A stretch of 64,000 nucleotides of DNA. It comes from Eledone cirrhosa. Lineage: Eukaryota. Below the pieces are notes generated by a model that saw only the letters and a program-made list of their open reading frames with translations, searched no databases and was not told where the DNA came from. Location: the NCBI GenBank assembly GCA_964016885.1, contig OZ024740.1, positions 48,298,001 through 48,362,000 on the forward strand, written 5' to 3'. A program made the position numbers and the translations under genes. Positions 42,601 through 51,908 of the stretch are shown here, one piece after another. Positions within the stretch are counted from its first letter, which is position 1; the number at the start of each line of letters is the position of its first letter.

Positions 42601-44672
42601 TACTCTCTACAACACTGTCTCTCTCTTCCAGTACCCCTTCCACCAGTGTCTCTCTCTCTTCCAGTACTCCCTCCAACACTGTCTCTATCTTCCAGTACTC
42701 CCTCCACCACTGTCTCTCTTCCAGTACTCCCTCCATCACTGTCTGTATCTTCCAGTACTCCCTCCATCACTGTCTCATTCTTCCAGTACTCCCTCCATCA
42801 CTGTCTCTCTCTTCCAGTACTTCCTCCACCACTGTCTCTCTTCCAGTACTCCCTCCTTCACTGTCTCTCTCTTCTAGTACTCCGTCCAACACTGTTTCTA
42901 TCTTCCAGTATTCCCTCCAGCACTGTCTCTCTTCCAGTACTCCCTGCATTACTGTCTCTCTCTTCCAGTATTCCCTCCATCACTGTCTCTCTCTTCCAGT
43001 ACTCCCTCCACCACTGTCTCTATCTTCCAGTACTCCCTCCATCACTGTCTCTATCTTCCAGTACTCCCTCTATCACTGTCTCTCTCTTTCAGTACTCCTT
43101 CCATCACTGCCACTCTCTTCCAGTACTCGCTCCACCAGTCTCTCTTCCAGTACTCCCTCCACCACTGTCTCTCTCTTCCAGTACTCCCTCCACCACGGTC
43201 TCTCTTTTCTATTACTCCCTCCATCACTGTCTCTCTCTTCCAGTACTCCCTCCAACACAGTCTCTCTCTTCCAGTACTCACTCCATCACTGTCTCTCTCT
43301 TACAGTACTCTCTCCATCACTGTCTCTCTCTTCCAATACTCCCCCAACACTGTCTCTATCTTCCAGTACTCCCTCCACCGCTGTCTCTCTCTTCCATTAC
43401 TCCCTCCACCACTGTCTCTCTTCCAGTACTCTCTCCACCACTGTCTCTATCTCCAAGTACTCTCTCCATCACTGTCTCTCACTTCCAGTATTCCCTCCAC
43501 CACTGTCTCTATCTTCCAGTACTCCCTCTATCACTGTCACTCTCCTCCAGTACTCCCTCCACCACTTTCTCTCTCTTCCAGTACTCCCTCCATCACTGTC
43601 GCGCTCTTCCAGTACTCCCTCCATCACTCTCTCTCTTTTCCAGTACTCCCTCCAGCACTGTCTCTCTTCCAGTATTCCCTCCATCACTGTCGCGCTCTTC
43701 CAGTATTCCCTCCAACACTGTCTCTCTTTTCCAGTACTCCCTCCAGCACTGTCTCTCTTCCAGTATTCCCTCCATCACTGTCGCGCTCCTCCAGTATTCC
43801 CTCCATCACTCTCTCTCTTTTCCAGTACACCCTCCAGCACTGTCTCTCTTCCAGTATTCCCTCCAACACTGTCTCTCTCTTCCAGTACTCCCTCCAACAC
43901 TGTCTCTCTTTTCCAGTACTCCCTCTAACACTGTCTCTATCTTCCAGTATTCCCTCCAGCACTATCTCTCTCTTCCAGTACTCCCTCCCCCACTGTCTCT
44001 ATCTTCCAGTACTCCCTATATCACTGTCTCTCTCTTCCAGTACTCCCTCCAACACTGTCTCTCTCTTCCAGTACTCCCTCCATCACTGTCTCTATCTTCC
44101 AGTACTCCCTCCACCACTGTCTCTCTCTCTCTTCCAGTACTCCCTCCATCACTGTCTCTCTTCCAGTACTCCTTCTGCCACTGTGTCTCTCTTCCAATAC
44201 TCCCTCTACCACTGTCTCTCTCTTTCAGTACTCCCTCCACCACTCTCTCTCTTCCAGTACTCCCTCCAGCACTGTCTCCCTTCCAGTACCCCCTCCAACA
44301 CTGTCTCTCTCTTCCAGTACTCCCTCCACCAGTGTCACTCTCTTCCAGTACTCCCTCCATCGCTCTCTCTCTATTCCTGTACTCCCTCCAACACTGTCTC
44401 TATCTTCCAGTACTCTCTACAACGCTGTCTCTCTCTTCCAGTACCCCTTCCACCAGTGTCTCTCTCTCTTCCAGTACTCCCTCCAACACTGTCTCTATCT
44501 TCCAGTACTCCCTCCACCACTGTCTCTCTTCCAGTACTCCCTCCAGCACATATGGATTCATATGTAGTCTTGCATGACACATATAAATCTATGTGTATAC
44601 TAGTTGTATTATAACTGTTTCTACTCTTCAATTGGTATAGAGTTTGCTTGCCATTTATTGAATATATAATGC

Positions 44673-44750
44673 TACATACACACACACACATACATAGAGA
44701 TATATTCATATGCATGTGTGTGTATATACATATAAATATGTATATGTATT
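44673..44750. repeat. Mixed (CA)/(TA)/(TG) dinucleotide low-complexity tract
   Basis: TACATACACACACACACATACATA...GCATGTGTGTGTATATACATATAAATATGTATATGTA. Confidence 0.8.
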
Positions 44751-44810
44751 CTTTGTTTTCTTTTAAATGTACTGAAACGCTGAAAAAATGATGGAAAGCA
44801 CTCTACTCAC

Positions 44811-44960
44811 TGAGAATTGTAATTTCTGCTGTAAGCTCTTCTTTGACACGATCTAGCTCATTTTGAAGATTATTTACCTGATTCTCAAATTGATCTTTCT
44901 CAATTTGCTTGTTTGCCTGCAAAGCTTGATAGTTCTCGCAGAGATCAGACAACTCATCAC
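44811..44960 (-). CDS. CFAP157: Cilia- and flagella-associated protein 157-like, coding exon 3 (phase 1/1); gene continues beyond the left of the window
   Basis: Acceptor TACTTTGTAG|, donor |GTGAGT. Translates (G)DELSDLCENYQALQANKQIEKDQFENQVNNLQNELDRVKEELTAEITIL, resembling recalled vertebrate CFAP157 [27 protein letters not shown]...KDQLTTENIIL. Phase is consistent with exon 2. Confidence 0.85.
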
Positions 44961-45004
44961 CTACAAAGTAAATGTATACATAATACAGCTTATACCTGGT
45001 CAAT

Positions 45005-45095
45005 CAAACGGCGAGAAATAACAGCCAAATCTCTCACAAATCATGCATAGATCTGCTTGGTCAGTGCTGACCTGGGGCTAAACAACAACAACAAC
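45005..45095 (-). repeat. Short interspersed repeat copy (family with GTTGTTTAGCCCCAGGTCAG...GATTTGGCTGCTATTTCT)
   Basis: Reverse-complement similarity to copies at ~54862-55075, ~55528-55712 and ~56860-56910. Confidence 0.65.
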
Positions 45096-45304
45096 ATACA
45101 CTCACAATAGTTTTGTTCTATTTCTACAATATGCTTAGGAACAATAAGAAGTGATGTTTAGGAGATTTACTGCAAACTAAATATGGCAGAGAGGGACTAA
45201 AGCAATTATTTCATTATGATTAAAATTACATTTTCCTTAAAACCCTATACTATATTGTCCATGCATCAATATTTTCATATTAGAAGATATATTGTATTTA
45301 TGTC

Positions 45305-46010
45305 CATCATCTTGAACCAACATGAAGCTTCTCCGTGATTCAAGATAAACATGATCTACCAGATGAGTTATTATTCTGTTAAGAACAACTCAAGCAACGA
45401 TTTTGCCCACCACAGATAGCAGTGGTATACCCCAATGGTTGTCGCACAATATTTTTTCCTTTATAGTAAAAAGGCTCCCAGTCCACACTGTAAATGTGGT
45501 TGGTGTTAGGAAGGGCATCCAGCCAGAGAAAACCTGCCAAAAACAGATTTGTGCAAGTGAGAGACAGTCACCTGACCAATCTTGCCTCAAGTGAGACAAA
45601 CCCGTCCAACCCATGCTAGCGTGAAAGATGGACGTTAAACGATGATGATGATGATGATTTACATTTAAATAGATGGGTAATAGATGAGTCTTTAAATTCC
45701 TGAGGAACCTGGCTATTCCAAATCAAAATAAACAAATCCAAAAGCTTATGCACTAGTACACAAGTACATTAACTCCATATCTGTACACTTCAGGTGATGT
45801 TGAAGTCCCCTACTATCAGAAGTCTATCATGATAACCTATAGTTGTGTCAATAAAAAATAATTTCTCATAAAAGTTAGTAATCTCTGATTCTTTGGAGTT
45901 CATGGTTGGAGTAAAGCAACTGATTAAGGTTATGTTAGTAGAATACACCCAGTACACTCTGGAAAGTGGTTGACTAATAAGCAAAGACAATATAGGATTG
46001 AAAGACTCAT
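45305..46010 (-). mobile_element. Decayed RTE-like LINE fragments (APE endonuclease piece and start of RT), interrupted by a SINE
   Basis: 45790-45990 gives ITLISCFTPT...FYEKL...DRLLIVGDFN (APE GDFN motif). ~45310-45435 gives WGIPLLSVVGKIVA*VVLNRIITHLVDHV (RT domain-1 type motif). Confidence 0.7.
45481..45658 (+). mobile_element. SINE 3' portion with (GAT)n tail
   Basis: GGTGTTAGGAAGGGCATCCAGCC...AACCCATGCTAGCGTGAAAGATGGACGTTAAAC(GAT)6. Related tail remnants at ~46075-46210 (+), 46381-46430 (-), 53905-53958 (-), 58815-58850 (+), 60570-60612 (+), 63495-63545 (-). Confidence 0.75.
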
Positions 46011-46224
46011 TAGTCTGGCCAAGGATATCACAACTTCGCTTGTGTTTGTTCTACAATAAAATGTAACTAGCAGACACTGTAAAGTGTTTGGTGTTAGGAA
46101 GGAACCCCACCCCCATAGTTATCAGGCCAAAATGGAATGTATAAATCTATCTAGGAGTGCAGTAATTCCAAATAAAGCAGACATAACATGACAACGATGA
46201 TCATGATGGTATATAATCAATTAC

Positions 46225-46346
46225 CTTTTAGCTTTAACTGCTGTTTCCAATATGAAATAATTTCTCTCTTATCATTATCCATCTGTCTAAATTTATCATG
46301 GAAGTTTCCATTTGAAATTTCGAGGTCATCACAACGTTTTTGATAC
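46225..46346 (-). CDS. CFAP157: CFAP157-like coding exon 2 (phase 2/1)
   Basis: Acceptor TTTTTCAG|, donor |GTAATT. 122 nt translating (R)YQKRCDDLEISNGNFHDKFRQMDNDKREIISYWKQQLKLK(G), resembling recalled CFAP157 YQRKWDEL...NNKKEIVAFLK. Not in the ORF track; found by manual reading. Confidence 0.85.
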
Positions 46347-46684
46347 CTGAAAAATTATGTAGAAATCAATTGTTACCTATCTTCATCATTATCATTTTAC
46401 TATGTTTGCTTTTCCATGCTTGCATGGGTTGCATAGGTCTTCTCCAGTACTGTATCAAGCTACTAGTTACAGTCACTTGTTATCTCCTTTGTGGTTTAGC
46501 ATTCTGAGATCATCCTTCATCACAACATCCTCCACTTTCCTAGGTCTTTCTCTTCCACTTCTTTACCCCACTGTCACCCTTCATACACATCACAGCTGTC
46601 CTAACACAGTCTTCTTTCTTGCACACTACATCTGATTTCTTTTGTATCTATTTTTCCTTCAACTCATTTGTGCTTCATTGTTCA

Positions 46685-47727
46685 TAATAATAATAATAAT
46701 TATATTATTGTGTACAGTGCTCAGGTGCACTACAACTCATCAAAGGTGCATGTATAGTACATAGAATAATGTACAAATGTCAGGAAAATGAACAATGTAT
46801 GAGTCATGATATACATGTGTGCATGTGTATGGAGGGGGGATATCAGGTGTAGTGTTGGCGAATTTCAGGAAGCATGATGGTTTTAAAGGATGCAGTGTCT
46901 CGGCAGCTAACAATTGATGCAGGTAGTTTGTTCCATGCTTCAGCAACTCTGAGCGTGAAAAAGTGTTTCCGAAAGTCGTGGGAGCTGAGCTGTTTTCTGA
47001 CTTTGTGGGCATGCCCACGTATGTAAGACACATGGAAATCAAAAAGATGCTCAGGGCTGTTGTTGGCAAGATGGTTAATAATTTTGTGGGTGTTTACCAA
47101 GTCAGTTGCCAGGCGTCAGAGCTTCAATGTATCTATGCCCGGGGAAGCAAGGCGTTCAGAGTATGGTAGATGCCTGATGAAGGGTATTTGCTTGGTTGCA
47201 CGTCTCTGAACAGTTTCCAGGAGGTCAATGTTCTGAGCAAGATAGGGGTTCCAGACTGGCAATGCAAATTCTAAGTGTGGCCACACCATAGCTATATACA
47301 GCTTTAAATAGATAGGTGGAGAGCGGCTGACAAAGGTCTTGCTGAGTGATGCTAAGACACCCTCGGCTTTCTTGACAATTTTAGAGACGTGCTTTGTCCA
47401 ACGTAAATTGCTGCTGACAGTAATGCCCAGGTCACGTTCACAAGAAGACTTCTTGATATTAATGTTGTGGGGGGAGTATGTGGAAGCTGGGTTTTTACTC
47501 CCAAAATGCATGGTGGTACACTTGTCCACAGCCAACTTGAGTTGCCAGTCCATGATCCATTGTTGCATTGTGTCCAGGTCAGATTGCAGGAAAGATCTAT
47601 AGTGTTCAGGATCTGTCCTTTTTATCTCAAGGTACAGCTTGATGTCATCTGCATATTTCAGTACTGTGGCATTCTTTAAGTTGGCATATATGTCATTAAT
47701 ATATGCCACAAACAAAAGGGGACCAAT
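46685..47727 (-). mobile_element. 5'-truncated CR1-clade LINE (RT C-terminal half, 3' UTR, (ATT)n tail)
   Basis: GPLLFVAYINDI...KYADDIKL...LQSDLD...ERDLGI...PHLEFALPVWNPY...LETVQRRATK...RGHAHK...RKHFFTLRVAEAWNKLP. ORFs 47116-47715 and 46843-47100 are in frame, separated by one TGA (likely CGA>TGA). Tail ATAATAATAATAAT at ~46685. Confidence 0.92.
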
Positions 47728-48396
47728 CCTTTAGATGAACATCATAAATCTAATGAAGGTTTATCTTAATTTCTATTCAGCTTTTGCTCATTCTCCACAT
47801 AAAATATATATTTGTATTAAATGTCATACTTTGTCAGTAAGTCCTGACTGTGGGGTATAGTTAACCCAGTTAATCTCAGTATGCTATTTATTTATAATTA
47901 ATTCCCCTACCCCATCTTCCAATTGATGATAAGTGGAAATAGAAGTTTTGTTTTATCACACTGTCTTTTACCAACAATACAACAGCCTTTTCTACCCTTA
48001 CCCAGCTAATTACATCTGCATCCAGGCCCATCCATCTCTTCTCTGGTCACCCACACTGTCTCCCACAAGCACTTTAATAACCATAATTTGCAATCCTTCC
48101 TTCCCAGGCTGCAAGTTCCCATAACACCAACATACTGTCTACCTCCACCTCTGTTCCAAAACTTTAACTAGTCATTGCCAAATCATTTGGAAACCACTTC
48201 CTGTCCATGATTTTTCTGTACATGTTGACTAAGAGATGTTCAAACTGAGCACCTACTAGGGCCAGCAAAGTTTAAGGCTACTGCTCCTTCTTCCTAAACA
48301 ATGAAAAAGAACTCTGAATGGAAACTAAAACTAAACTTAATTTGACACTCAACTGCTTTTGCCATGGTATTTAAAATAACAATTATAGATTATAAT

Positions 48397-48574
48397 TGTT
48401 TCTACTATTGGCACAAGGCCAGCAATTACCCAGTAGATTACTGGTACTTTAGTTTATCGACCCCGTAAGGATGAAAGGCAAAGTTAACCTCGGTGGGATT
48501 TGAACTCAGAATGGCAAGGGCCGTAACTCTATGTGTCAAAGCATGGCTTCCGACCCTCCATTATAGATACTGCC
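48397..48574 (-). mobile_element. tRNA-derived SINE (near full length) with 15-bp target-site duplication
   Basis: Pol III B-box GTTCAAATCCC and core TTGCCTTTCATCCTTACGGGGTCGATAAA..AGTACCAG on -. Flanking ATTATAGATTATAAT at 48382-48396 and 48575-48589. Closely similar to the copy at 57490-57639. Confidence 0.9.
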
Positions 48575-49089
48575 ATTATAGATTATAATATTTGTAGGAA
48601 AGAGACGGGTACACTGGTTCTCATCTGACTCACACTTCTTCCCCTACCCTGAACATTTTTCAACCACACCCCGGTAACTACTTCTGCTGCTAAGTTAAAT
48701 TTAGTGAGGAACTGGATGCTTGGAGAGGTGATGGACACTGCCAAGCATTTCTAAGGCCCACTGAAATGCCATGATGGACACACAGTCAAATGCTAAGGTC
48801 AACTTCACCTTTCAACCTCTTTTGAGATCCATAAGTTTAATAGTAATAATAAAAGCACATGGAGAAACTGTAGCTACTACTACTAGCGATGATTAGTCAA
48901 GTAACAACAACAGAAGAAACATCAGCAGTAACAACATATATGATAATAACTAGTAAGAAAAGGAACAACTGAAGAAACATCAGCAGTAAAATATACACAG
49001 CACAGGAAACATGTAAACAAGAACAATGATAATAATGATAATAATGCTACAAAGGATAGAGAATTGGGTTGGTGTCCAGTGCAGAATAA

Positions 49090-50600
49090 CTCACCTCAAT
49101 TTTAAGGTCTGAGGGCCCCTTTGAGTTGTTTAAAACACTCTCTAGAGATGGTGTCTTGAAAAAAATACTGGTGGTTGTGGTACCTCATCAACACTAAACT
49201 CATGTTGAGGGAAATAGGAAAATAATTGAATAAAGACATAAATGATGCTGGAGGCAGTTATGCTGAAAGTATCTTGCCCGATAGGTGTCCCATGGGTGAG
49301 CAATATGGGTTTGGTCACTGCCCAACTACTACCAAAACTGATTGGTTGAAGAAGCTGAATGCAGCTGTAATGGAGTGCAAGTTTTTGAGTAGGAATGACT
49401 GGAATCATCTGGGAGACCATGTAATATTCCTTGAGGAGAATGAAATTCTACTAGAAGAGTAGAAAGGGTGCAGAAAGAACAGCAAGGGTACAAAAGATCA
49501 TCTGCTGATTGATAAAACAATCCTTGCAGATTGTAAAAAAACAGCACAAGAACTTAGCTTGGCCTGGGTGGACTATAAGAAAGCCTACAGACATGGTCCC
49601 CCAGTTGGATATTAGAGTGTCTGAATGTAATTAGGTTTATAGAAAGATCAATGGCTAGCTGGAAAACAGAGTTAATTTCCTGTGGAAAACAGTTAAGCTC
49701 TGTATATTTTAGGGAAACAGTTTATCACCACTCTTATTCATCATCTGCATGATCCCCCTGGCCCAAGTCCTTAGAAAAGGAAAAACAGGATATGAGGTTG
49801 ATGGTATTAAGATCAACCATCTGTTAATCATCCATGAATAACAGTTATTTGAGAAAAGAGAGGATGAAATTGACAGCTTAACATCTACTGGAAACCTGAT
49901 TTGTCAGGATATTGGGATGGAGTTTTGGATTAAAAAATGAAAAACTAACACAGAGTAGAGAGGTTTAGCTTGCAAATGGCCAGACTGTTAAAGAAGTGGG
50001 AGAGGAAGGATACAAATATTTGGGAGTTTGGGGGTTGGATAAAATGAAAGAGTAAAACATGATGTTCAAAATGAATACCCCCAGACAGGTAAGACTTGTA
50101 ATGTCATCTAAATTGAATGAAAGGAATAAGATCAAGGCAGCGAATACAAGGGCTTTGTCTCTCGTGTGCTATGGGGCAGGAGTTATTAAATGGAGAAAAA
50201 ATGAATTGGAAAGTATTGATAGGAAAACTAGGAAATTGATAAGAGTGCATAAAGAACTCCACCCAAAGAGTGATGTGACAAGTGAAGAAAATAACTTAGC
50301 TTGTTAAAGGACGTCAACTTTTGACATTTAATACCATTCAAATATCCTCAATGCAAACATAATTCATATCTTTTATACTCCTTTATACTTCTTTTTATCT
50401 CCTACCTTTTTATACTTTTCTCAAATTGATTTTGTGTTTTTTTACTTATCAACTTTTGTGATGTGACTGACTTGTTAAGTGATTGTGAGAACAGAAGAAT
50501 AAATACAAAAAAAAGGCTATTGAAAACTCAAAACCAGCAATGCCTGACCTAAGAATCTGGTTGATACTTGGTAGTCATTGCTTATAAAGCGAAATAAAAG
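49090..50600 (+). mobile_element. Decayed, internally deleted R4/Dong-clade non-LTR retrotransposon; boundaries approximate
   Basis: Frameshifted motifs [54 protein letters not shown] and KLNERNKIKAANTRA...KWRKNELESIDRKTRKL...LHPKSDV. DWLKKLNAAVMECKFLS resembles the N-terminus of this clade. Confidence 0.85.
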
Positions 50601-51058
50601 GCAAATATACAAATATTATCATTACTACTATATTTGTAAATAATAATAGTTCAATAAGTAAAATAATTGTATGACTAAGTTAACGGGCTATCTCTCCCTG
50701 AACTTACAAAAAAAAAGTTTTTGTTTAATAAAAGAAAAACATTATTATTGGATATATGTCAGTACAGCTAGAGCCACCCAAAGAAATCCTGCAATGTGGA
50801 ATAAAACTGCTTATGGGTTCTGGAGTGGAAGGTGCTCCTCTCAAAATTTAAGCGGTCTGGAATTTTTAGAAGAAGTGAGGTCAGATATTTCCAGGGGCCC
50901 TCTTTGGGTCTTGGATCAGTGTACCAATGGAACCTTGTACTTACAGACTCCGTGTAAGCCTATTTTGGATGTTAATATTATATAATATGATGAAAGTTGA
51001 TGCTAGCTGACTCCTTGAGATATTAAAACTCCAACAGCTCAAACCCCACCAATAATAA

Positions 51059-51140
51059 TTGTCCCTACTTTTAGCACAAGGCCAGCAATTATCCCAGTGC
51101 ATTACTGGTGCTTTATCGACCCCGTAAGGATGAAAGGCCA
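51059..51140 (-). mobile_element. 5'-truncated copy of the same tRNA-derived SINE
   Basis: Matches the core and 3' end of the 48397-48574 copy. Imperfect flanking repeat CCACCAATA(A/T)TAAT at ~51046 and ~51145. Confidence 0.8.
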
Positions 51141-51448
51141 ACCACCACCAATATTAATGTCTGACACTTAATTCTCAACAGTCCACTACATTTCCTTTTG
51201 TGGAGGTTTAGCCTCACTGCTGTAAGCAATAGGATAGGCGATATACATTTCGTTAGTTTGCAATGCTAAGCCCAAATCTTTCCATGGATAAAACATCTTT
51301 TGTTTAATATTTATATTAATTATAAGAGAAACAGGAGTCGGATAACACTTTTTCTAGTATAAATATCACAATCAACAAGAATTGAAGCAAGAAATAACAC
51401 AGGAGAAAAACATAGAGACAACAGGAGTAGAGACAGTCCGTTACTTAC

Positions 51449-51588
51449 CGGGCAAGACGTTGCTCTAGGTCCCTAATTTGAACAAGATAAAATTCTTTTG
51501 AAGTTTCACTCAATGGAATAATATAAGGAGCTGGTATCTGTCGGTGTGCTTTCTCACTGGTCTTATCATCTTTTTTCTTGGGAGGCAT
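51449..51588 (-). CDS. CFAP157: CFAP157-like coding exon 1 (ATG at 51588, ends in phase 2)
   Basis: MPPKKKDDKTSEKAHRQIPAPYIIPLSETSKEFYLVQIRDLEQRLA(R), donor CG|GTAAGT. KEFYLVQIRDLEQRLAR matches recalled CFAP157 KEFYHIQIRDLEDRLAR. The three exons splice in frame. Confidence 0.88.
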
Positions 51589-51708
51589 GGTTCTCAATAT
51601 TAATGTATAAATATCAACAAATAAGACATAAATAAGCAGTTAGACGAAAGTCGATTCACCGTACAAATAAACCTACTTTTAAAATGACGCCATGACAGTT
51701 TGTTGAGC

Positions 51709-51722
51709 GTTTCTATAGCAAC
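51709..51722. promoter_or_regulatory. RFX-binding X-box upstream of CFAP157
   Basis: GTTTCTATAGCAAC (reverse GTTGCTATAGAAAC) fits the 14-bp imperfect palindrome GTHNYY-AT-RRNAAC. It lies ~120 bp upstream of the ATG of a ciliary gene. Confidence 0.75.
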
Positions 51723-51854
51723 ACAGATTTATTATTTACGTAACTTGCTTTCACTCTCCCCTTCTTATTAAGCTTAATTCAAGTGATACTATTTGTTGAA
51801 AGATAATTAATAAATATTGACAACTTTTTGTTTTTATTATTTTTCAAGTTCATT

Positions 51855-51908
51855 TGCTTTCATCCTTACGGGGTCGATAAAATAAAGTACCAGTAATACA
51901 CTGGGACA
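51855..51908 (+). mobile_element. 54-bp miniature SINE copy with 19-bp target-site duplication
   Basis: TGCTTTCATCCTTACGGGGTCGATAAAATAAAGTACCAGTAATACACTGGGACA flanked by ATTATTTTTCAAGTTCATT at 51836-51854 and 51909-51927. Confidence 0.88.

Larger units (their letters stand above)
1..44549. repeat. Large tandem satellite array, ~31-bp unit (29/33-bp variants from CT-tract slippage), consensus CACTGTCTCTCTCTTCCAGTACTCCCTCCA[T/C/A/G]; about 1,400 units; open at the left window edge
   Basis: The unit is directly readable throughout, with an AGTACT (ScaI) palindrome in most copies. The array ends abruptly at ...CTCCCTCCAGCAC|ATATGG near 44549. Copy number is estimated as length/31. Confidence 0.98.

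Noticed and set aside
1-44549. CRISPR array (repeat length ~30 bp)
   Set aside because: Units are head-to-tail with no unique spacers, there are no cas genes, and the context is a eukaryotic spliced-gene region.
1-44549. Telomeric repeat or C2H2 zinc-finger coding array
   Set aside because: There is no TTAGGG-type unit, no 84-bp period and no CxxC...HxxxH or TGEKP motif.
1-44549. Chi-like (GCTGGAGG) and PRDM9-like (CTCCCT..CCAC) recombination motifs in the unit
   Set aside because: These are imperfect matches to short motifs specific to E. coli RecBCD and one human PRDM9 allele, and are expected by chance in C-rich sequence.
796-44715. Hundreds of ORFs up to 727 aa (S/L/P-rich on +; E/G/R/W-rich on -), which could suggest a mucin-like or repeat protein
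   Set aside because: The 31-bp consensus has no stop codon in any + frame, so long ORFs arise automatically. Unit lengths of 29/31/33 shift frame freely, all frames give the same peptide cycle, and stops occur at random variants.
44803-45003. 66-aa ORF as a standalone gene
   Set aside because: It is CFAP157 exon 3 plus intronic read-through; splice sites delimit 44811-44960.
50671-50985. 104-aa + strand ORF inside CFAP157 intron 1
   Set aside because: No recognisable motif and no convincing splice partners.
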